The notes beneath the pieces were generated by a model. That model was not told where the DNA came from, ran no database searches, and worked only from the letters and a program-made list of their open reading frames with translations. DNA of 64,000 nt. Origin: an uncultured delta proteobacterium (GTDB lineage Bacteria; Desulfobacterota; Binatia; UBA9968). The position numbers and the translations under genes were made by a program. Location: positions 288,001-352,000 of the forward strand of contig CAWFJP010000011.1 in the NCBI GenBank assembly GCA_963816145.1. Direction: 5' to 3'. Shown piece by piece: positions 58,040 through 64,000 of this stretch (positions are counted from its first letter, which is position 1; each line of letters starts with the position of its first letter).

Positions 58040-59125
58040 ATGCCAAACAAGATCTTAATCGTCGACGACGAGCCGTTTAATCTCGATCTGCTCGAACAGG
58101 AGCTGATGGAGTACGACTATGTGCTCGAGCGCGCTACGGATGGGGTGGACGCGCTGGAGAAGGCCGACCGTTTCGCTCCGGACATCATTCTGCTCGACTA
58201 CATGATGCCGAAGATGAACGGTCTCGAGGTCGTCAAAGCGCTGCGCCAGAGCGAGCGCCACAAGAGCGTGCCGGTCATTCTCCTAACCGCCAAAGCGACC
58301 CAGGAAGACAAGGTCGCCGGCCTCGACGCCGGCGCCGATGACTATGTCACCAAGCCGTTCGATTCCTTCGAGCTGCTGGCGCGGGTGCGCGCAATGCTGC
58401 GCATCAAAGAGCTGCATGACCAGCTGGAAGAGTGGAACCGCACCCTGGCCGACAAAGTTCGGACACAGGTGGAAGAGATTCAACACATGGGGCGGCTCAA
58501 GCGCTATCTGTCGCCACAGATCGCTGAGTCCATCTTGCGCAACGACGAGGATTTATTCAAAACCCATCGTCGTGAGATAACCATCGTATTTCTCGACCTG
58601 CGCGGCTTCACGGCGTTCTCAGACAACGCCGAACCCGAGGAGGTCATGGACTTTCTCCGCGACTATCATGCCGAGATGGGCAAGCTGATTTTCAAATTCG
58701 AAGGCACGCTGGAACGTTTTGTCGGCGACGGCATCGTGGTGATCTTCAACGATCCGCTGCCCTGCGAAGACCATGGCCACAAAGCCGTCAGCATGGCGAT
58801 CGAAATGCGCGACCGGGTCAAAGAACTGCGCGTCGCATGGATCAAAAAGGGTTACCACCTCGATCTCGGCGTCGGCTTAGCGACCGGCTACGCAACTCTG
58901 GGTACCATCGGCTTCGAGGGACGCATGGATTACAGCAGCGTCGGCAATTTGCCCAACCTCGCGGCGCGCATGTGCGCCGAGGCCAAGGGTGGCCAGATCC
59001 TCACGGATCAAAAAACCATGAGCCGGCTGGACGATGCGTTCGACAGCGAAGCGTTTGAAGAGTTTCAGTTGAAGGGACTAAGCCGGCCGGTGAAAGTTTT
59101 TAACATCGTCGGCATGAAGGAGTAG
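58040..59125 (+). CDS. response regulator receiver fused to a class III nucleotide cyclase
   Basis: Receiver plus coiled coil, then VFLDLRGFT, GTLERFVGDG and RMDY..VG..PNLAAR. Confidence 0.92.
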   Translation: MPNKILIVDDEPFNLDLLEQELMEYDYVLERATDGVDALEKADRFAPDIILLDYMMPKMNGLEVVKALRQSERHKSVPVILLTAKATQEDKVAGLDAGADDYVTKPFDSFELLARVRAMLRIKELHDQLEEWNRTLADKVRTQVEEIQHMGRLKRYLSPQIAESILRNDEDLFKTHRREITIVFLDLRGFTAFSDNAEPEEVMDFLRDYHAEMGKLIFKFEGTLERFVGDGIVVIFNDPLPCEDHGHKAVSMAIEMRDRVKELRVAWIKKGYHLDLGVGLATGYATLGTIGFEGRMDYSSVGNLPNLAARMCAEAKGGQILTDQKTMSRLDDAFDSEAFEEFQLKGLSRPVKVFNIVGMKE

Positions 59126-59480
59126 GAACCACCAAGCGGTAAATAGGTTATCCATCGCGACGGACAAGAAAGTACGAAAGTCTACCAGCCAAGGCGCGCT
59201 TTGTCTTTCCGACTTCCCAACGCAGAAATCCTATTCCCCATCGTGAATCGTTTTTCCCAGCACGAGGTGACGTCAAACGAGTGATCGTATTTCAAAAATA
59301 AGTCCTCAACTCCGTCGCGTCGCGCTCTCACAACGCGCCACGAGGCATAATTCTCAGAATAAAACGCTGCGCTGTTAGTCTATCGCTCATAGTTCTGCAC
59401 AAACTCCATCAATGGCATGTTATTCCAGCCGGCAAGGAATCTAAAAAAATTAAAAAAAATTCTAGAATGTTATTTTTTTC

Positions 59481-59510
59481 TTGACATACCATTCATTGTG
59501 TCACTATACT
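59481..59510 (+). promoter_or_regulatory. strong sigma70-type promoter
   Basis: TTGACA-N18-TATACT preceded by A/T tracts (UP-element-like). Confidence 0.75.
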
Positions 59511-59624
59511 CGCGACAGATACAAAATATGGGAGGGTTATCGATAGTAAACTGTCTTCGCCTGAGTCAAGTTTGAAATCCTATCAAGAAAATGCCCGCCC
59601 GTTTAATCTTACAAGGAGGTGCTT

Positions 59625-59672
59625 ATGGCTGCTAAGAAAAAAGCCAAAAAGAAAGCCAAAAAGAAAAAGTAG
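59625..59672 (+). CDS. 15-aa Lys/Ala-rich peptide MAAKKKAKKKAKKKK (not in the ORF track)
   Basis: RBS AAGGAGGT 4 nt before ATG; own promoter upstream and terminator downstream; mixed AAA/AAG codons. Confidence 0.7.
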   Translation: MAAKKKAKKKAKKKK

Positions 59673-59751
59673 TTAATTGAGTGGTGGGGTGGTGGTGGTA
59701 TAAACCCTCCTAACTCTCAGGCGACCAGATAACCGTTCTGGTTATCTATCA

Positions 59752-59792
59752 CAGAAAGCCCTCCGGAAATGTTTCGGGGGGCTTTCTGCTTT
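59752..59792 (+). terminator. intrinsic terminator
   Basis: CAGAAAGCCCTCCGGAA-ATG-TTTCGGGGGGCTTTCTG-CTTT. Confidence 0.8.
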
Positions 59793-59960
59793 TAATAAAC
59801 CCGGTATTCATCCACTCTAGCCATCTCAGAACATAATATCGGCAGAGTAATTGTCGAAGAGTTCCCCCTGCGACTGCCAGTGCGAACCCTTTTACCGCAC
59901 CGCCAGTTACATCAGAGACTGTATTGCGTCGCTTTGAGCAGTTCGTTAGAGTTGTTGGCA

Positions 59961-60536
59961 ATGACAAAGACACCTCGTCCGAAATTATTGTTAGCTTTTT
60001 GCCTGGTCCAGCTGTTATTTCTCGGATCGAGACTGTCAGCAAACGGCGCTGAGTCGACAACCAAAGTCGACTACAAAAAAATGGTGCCGATTCTCACGCC
60101 GATGAAAGAGGTCGCACCGACACCGGAATTCAATCTCGCCACACCCGACGGTAAAAAGATTTCCTTGCGCGACTTTCGCGGCAAGATCGTCATGTTGAAT
60201 TTCTGGGCCACTTGGTGCGTTCCTTGCCGGGAAGAGATGCCGGCGATGGAAAAGCTGTATCAAGAATTCAAGGACAAGAACTTTGTCATCCTCGCGGTGG
60301 CGGTCAAAGATCGCAAGCAAGACGCTATTGATTTCGTCAAAGAATTGAAACTGACCTATCCGATCGCTCTCGATCCAGAGGCGAAAGTTGGCCAAGAATA
60401 TGGCGCTTGGGGATTGCCCGCGACCTATCTCATCGGTCCCAAAGGCGAAGGACTGGCACGCGGCTGGGGACCCGCGGAGTGGTATGGTGCCGGCGCGCGC
60501 AAGCTGATCAGAGAATTGGTCGACGGCAAACGATGA
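59961..60536 (+). CDS. TlpA/ResA-family thiol:disulfide oxidoreductase
   Basis: Signal/TM segment, LNFWATWCVPCREEMP and GLP.TYLI; next to ccdA. Confidence 0.9.
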   Translation: MTKTPRPKLLLAFCLVQLLFLGSRLSANGAESTTKVDYKKMVPILTPMKEVAPTPEFNLATPDGKKISLRDFRGKIVMLNFWATWCVPCREEMPAMEKLYQEFKDKNFVILAVAVKDRKQDAIDFVKELKLTYPIALDPEAKVGQEYGAWGLPATYLIGPKGEGLARGWGPAEWYGAGARKLIRELVDGKR

Positions 60537-61270
60537 CCGACGTCAACGCCTTTGTCGCTTTTGCCGCCGGGATATTTTCCTTCCTCTCTCCTTGCGTGCT
60601 GCCACTGATCCCATCTTATCTTTCCTTCGTTTCGGGCGTTTCCCTCGAGGAGATGCGCAGCGAGCAGGCGCGCTCACAGGTACGTTGGCGCGTGGTGCTC
60701 AATTCGCTGGCGTTTATCTTGGGCTTCTCCTTGGTATTCGTCTCCCTGGGCGCCTCGGCGAGTTTTCTCGGCGGCCTGTTCATGGGCTACCGCAATGTCA
60801 TTCGCATCACCGGCGGCATTTTTATCTTGCTCGTCGGCCTCTATCTGGTCGGCGCTTTCAAGATCGCCGCACTCGATCGTTATTTGCAGTTCAATTTGAA
60901 GGACAAACCGGCCGGCTATCTCGGTTCGGTTCTCGTCGGCATCACCTTCGCTGTCGCCTGGACGCCTTGCGTCGGTCCAATCCTTGGCGCGACTTTGGCA
61001 CTGGCGAGCACCTCCGGAGAAGTCGGTCGTGGGACATTCTTATTGATGAGCTACGCCGCCGGGCTGGCCTTGCCGTTTTTCTTGAGCGCACTGGCGATCG
61101 ATTCGTTTTTTGAGTTCTCGCAGAAACTGCGCCGCTATATCCAAGCGATACATGTCATCGGCGGCATTCTTCTAATCGTCGTCGGCATCCTTTTGATCAC
61201 CGACTATATGACGTTTTTGAATGCCTACGTCCTCCGCTTCACCCCTACTTGGCTGCTGCAACGGCTCTAG
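60533..61270 (+). CDS. ccdA: cytochrome c biogenesis protein CcdA
   Basis: SFLSPCVLPLIP.Y and WTPCVGPIL motifs; six TM helices. Confidence 0.92.
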   Translation: MTDVNAFVAFAAGIFSFLSPCVLPLIPSYLSFVSGVSLEEMRSEQARSQVRWRVVLNSLAFILGFSLVFVSLGASASFLGGLFMGYRNVIRITGGIFILLVGLYLVGAFKIAALDRYLQFNLKDKPAGYLGSVLVGITFAVAWTPCVGPILGATLALASTSGEVGRGTFLLMSYAAGLALPFFLSALAIDSFFEFSQKLRRYIQAIHVIGGILLIVVGILLITDYMTFLNAYVLRFTPTWLLQRL

Positions 61271-61360
61271 CCGCCGGCTTGTTTGACCCACCACAGGCTA
61301 AATGTTAGTTTTTTTAGACTTTACTCCAAGCTGATCGTTCCCGCCCGTAGCGGAGCAACC

Positions 61361-61909
61361 ATGGAAGAACACATTCGGCAAATTCTCAAAGCCATCGGCG
61401 AAGACCCTGAGCGCGAAGGGTTGGTCAAAACCCCCCATCGCGTTGCTCAAGCATTGACCTTTCTCACCAAGGGTTATGACATGGACCCTGCGAAAGTGAT
61501 CAACGACGCGCTTTTCACCGAAGATTATGAAGAGATGATCGTGCAAAAAGACATCGATTTTTACTCTCTGTGCGAGCACCACATGCTGCCATTTTTCGGC
61601 AAGGCTCATGTTGCCTACATTCCGCATCATAAAATCGTCGGCATTTCCAAACTCGCCCGTCTGGTCGATGTCTACGCGCGGCGCTTGCAAGTCCAAGAGC
61701 GTATGACCAACCAAATCGCCACGACGATCATGGAAAAGCTCGACGCCCTGGGTGTCGCCGTCGTGCTCGAAGCCGAGCATTTGTGCATGCGCATGCGCGG
61801 CGTGGAAAAGCAGAACTCCTACGTGATCACCAGCAGCCTGCTCGGTGCCTTCCGCACCCGCCAGGAAACCCGCGCCGAGTTCATGAACCTGATCCGACGC
61901 AAGGATTGA
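61361..61909 (+). CDS. folE: GTP cyclohydrolase I
   Basis: REGL.KTP.RV, SLCEHH, GISKLAR, QVQER and HLCM.MRG motifs. Confidence 0.96.
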   Translation: MEEHIRQILKAIGEDPEREGLVKTPHRVAQALTFLTKGYDMDPAKVINDALFTEDYEEMIVQKDIDFYSLCEHHMLPFFGKAHVAYIPHHKIVGISKLARLVDVYARRLQVQERMTNQIATTIMEKLDALGVAVVLEAEHLCMRMRGVEKQNSYVITSSLLGAFRTRQETRAEFMNLIRRKD

Positions 61910-61923
61910 TCGAGAGCGCCATT

Positions 61924-63399
61924 ATGGAAATTCGTTTTCGCGATACTCTTGCCGACCGTATACGGTCCGACTTGGTCGTTATCCCTGTGCGCGATAAGCG
62001 GCTCGACGACCCAGTCATCCGTGCGCTCGACCGCCGTCTCAAAGGCCATCTGCGGGCGCGCATGAGCAAAAGCAACTTTACCGGTGCCGAAGGCAGTAGC
62101 TTGCTGCATCCAACCGCCGGCGTGCTGCCGGCGGCGTATCTGTTGCTACTTGGCATCGGCGCCGGCGATCCCAGCGGCGATACTTGGCGCAAGACCGGCG
62201 CCAAGGCGCGCAAAGAAGCCGGTGCCATCGGTGCCAATGAATTCGCCCTGCTCTTTGCCCCAGAAAAAGTTCCCGAGAGCGCCGCCGGGGCTATCGTCGA
62301 AGGCGCGGCGCTCGCCGGCTATCAGTTCAATAAATATCGATCGAACGGCAAGCCTGCCACGGAAGTAAGGTCGCTGACGCTGTTCCGCTCCGGCCTAAAG
62401 AAAACCGCCGCGCTGCAAAAGGCGGTGGATACGGCGCAATCCACCGCGCCCGGAGTATTCCTGGCGCGCGATTTGGTTAACGAACCGCCATCGGTGGCGA
62501 CCGCGAAATTTCTCGGCGCCCAAGCCCAGCGCGTCTGCCAGGGGCGTGGCCTGACGGTGGAAGTTTGGAACAAAAAGAAGATCGAAGCGATGAAGCTGGC
62601 CGGCCTGCTGGCGGTCAATCGCGGTAGCTTGGAAGAACCACGCTTCATTCGCATCCACTACCGTCCCACCGGCAAAGCGCGCAAGCGAGTTGCGCTCATC
62701 GGTAAAGGCATTACCTTCGATTCCGGCGGTCTATCGCTCAAACCGTCGAAATCCATGGAGACCATGAAGCTCGACATGGCCGGCGGCGCCGCAGTCATCG
62801 CGACCATGAGTTGCCTGCCCAAGCTCGGTCTCGATCTTGAAGTCACCGGCTACGTGCCGACCACCGACAACTTGCCGGGGCACAATGCCCAGAAGCCAGG
62901 CGATGTAATTCGTTATTTGAATGGAAAAACCATCGAAGTGCTGAATACCGATGCCGAGGGGCGCTTGATCTTAGCCGACGCGCTGGCGCTAGCGGCGCAG
63001 CAAAAGCCCGACTATATGATCAACTTGGCAACGTTGACCGGCGCCTGCATGACCGCCCTCGGCACCCAGGTCGCCGGCGTCTTTAGCAACCACCAACCTT
63101 TGGCCGATACTCTGTTGCGGTGCAGCCAGGAGGCGGGCGAAAAGTTGTGGCAATTACCACTGGTGAAAGAATACAAGGAGCTGATCAAAAGCGGCATCGC
63201 CGATATGAAAAACATCGGCGGCGCCCATGGCGGCGCCATCACCGCGGCGCTGATCCTGCAGGAATTCGTCGGCGATATCGCCTGGGCGCATCTCGACATC
63301 GCCGGACCGGCCTTTGCCGAAAGCGACACCCTGCTCTGTCCCAAGGGCGGCACCGGATTTGGTGTGCGTACGTTAATTAATTTCTTAATGAGTCTTTAA
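61924..63399 (+). CDS. pepA: leucyl aminopeptidase (M17)
   Basis: GKGITFDSGG, MK.DMAG, NTDAEGRL and HLDIAG motifs. Confidence 0.95.
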   Translation: MEIRFRDTLADRIRSDLVVIPVRDKRLDDPVIRALDRRLKGHLRARMSKSNFTGAEGSSLLHPTAGVLPAAYLLLLGIGAGDPSGDTWRKTGAKARKEAGAIGANEFALLFAPEKVPESAAGAIVEGAALAGYQFNKYRSNGKPATEVRSLTLFRSGLKKTAALQKAVDTAQSTAPGVFLARDLVNEPPSVATAKFLGAQAQRVCQGRGLTVEVWNKKKIEAMKLAGLLAVNRGSLEEPRFIRIHYRPTGKARKRVALIGKGITFDSGGLSLKPSKSMETMKLDMAGGAAVIATMSCLPKLGLDLEVTGYVPTTDNLPGHNAQKPGDVIRYLNGKTIEVLNTDAEGRLILADALALAAQQKPDYMINLATLTGACMTALGTQVAGVFSNHQPLADTLLRCSQEAGEKLWQLPLVKEYKELIKSGIADMKNIGGAHGGAITAALILQEFVGDIAWAHLDIAGPAFAESDTLLCPKGGTGFGVRTLINFLMSL

Positions 63400-63409
63400 G
63401 GAGGCAATC

Positions 63410-63736
63410 GTGGCAAAAATTACTGAAGTGGGCGATAACAATTTCGAATCCGAGGTTCTCAAATCCACCGTGCCGGTGCTGGTCGACTTTTGGGCGCCCT
63501 GGTGCGGTCCGTGCAAAGCGATCGCGCCGATGGTCGAAGAAATCGCTGGCGAATACGACGGCAAGTTGAAAGTCACCAAACTTAACGTCGACGATCATCC
63601 TGCCACCGCGGCGAAGTATGGCATCCGTGGTATTCCGAATCTGATTATTCTAAAAGGCGGCGCGGTCAAAGAACAGATCGTTGGCGCGGTACCAAAAACC
63701 AAATTGGTCGCGGCCATCGATAAAGCCTTGCAGTAA
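63410..63736 (+). CDS. trxA: thioredoxin
   Basis: DFWAPWCGPCK; 108 aa; RBS AAGGAGG with GTG start. Confidence 0.96.
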   Translation: MAKITEVGDNNFESEVLKSTVPVLVDFWAPWCGPCKAIAPMVEEIAGEYDGKLKVTKLNVDDHPATAAKYGIRGIPNLIILKGGAVKEQIVGAVPKTKLVAAIDKALQ

Positions 63737-63816
63737 ACCCGCAAGCTATTGCAAAATGGCTGGAGCGCTGGTCCGATGCCAGCCCTCCAGCATTCCGCTA
63801 ATCATCACTCGATTCT

Positions 63817-64000
63817 TCAGAAAACATAGCGCCGCATACTGACATTGATGATGACGCCGACGGCGAACATCATCGACGCCAGCGCCGAACCGCCGTAGCT
63901 CACCATCGGCAGCGGCACGCCGACCACCGGCATCACACCAGTCACCATCGACACGTTGATCACGACATGCCAGAAGACGATCGAGAGCATTCCGAACACC
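63817..64000 (-). CDS. rodA: rod shape-determining protein RodA (SEDS family), C-terminal part only
   Basis: IN..M..G.MPVVGVPLP.VSYGGS; truncated by the window edge. Confidence 0.85.
   Translation of the reverse strand, partial: VFGMLSIVFWHVVINVSMVTGVMPVVGVPLPMVSYGGSALASMMFAVGVIINVSMRRYVF

Noticed and set aside
59518-59535. NrdR-box-like ATACAAAATATGGG near the micro-gene start site
   Set aside because: A single imperfect match with no ribonucleotide reductase context

Overview
Bacterial chromosomal window with fairly high GC. The gene content (many PF04392-type substrate-binding proteins, a kds/lpt/rpoN block, GAF-repeat kinases) resembles deltaproteobacteria-like lineages such as Ca. Binatia; that taxonomy is an inference. 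Housekeeping blocks are moaBDE, hemW, ahcY-metK, kdsB-pyrG-kdsA-kdsD-kdsC-lptCAB-rpoN-ptsN-rapZ-ptsH, putA, tlpA-ccdA-folE-pepA-trxA and the 3' end of rodA. Five things stand out. (1) A ~20 kb signalling locus at 39.2-59.1 kb holds seven orphan substrate-binding proteins with no permease or ATPase, a Cache-HAMP-GAF-GAF kinase, three receivers (two share an identical 19-aa N-terminal stretch), a receiver-class III cyclase, an MBL hydrolase and a cNMP-TPR-DASS transporter fusion, plus a sigma54 promoter with tandem enhancer-like sites. (2) A four-helix-bundle gene lies inside an inverted heptamer-repeat element, and an empty copy of the element lies 7.5 kb away. (3) An atypical Co-type nitrile-hydratase-like operon includes an asparaginase-like protein and a cupin. 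(4) A 15-codon Lys/Ala peptide gene, absent from the ORF track, has its own promoter, RBS and terminator and long-range RNA pairing. (5) A reverse-oriented sigma54 box abuts the promoter of the operon that encodes rpoN. Several genes are split by single-base insertions that are probably sequencing errors. I recognised no tRNA, rRNA, CRISPR array or transposase. All calls are from motif recognition by eye; no database searches were run.
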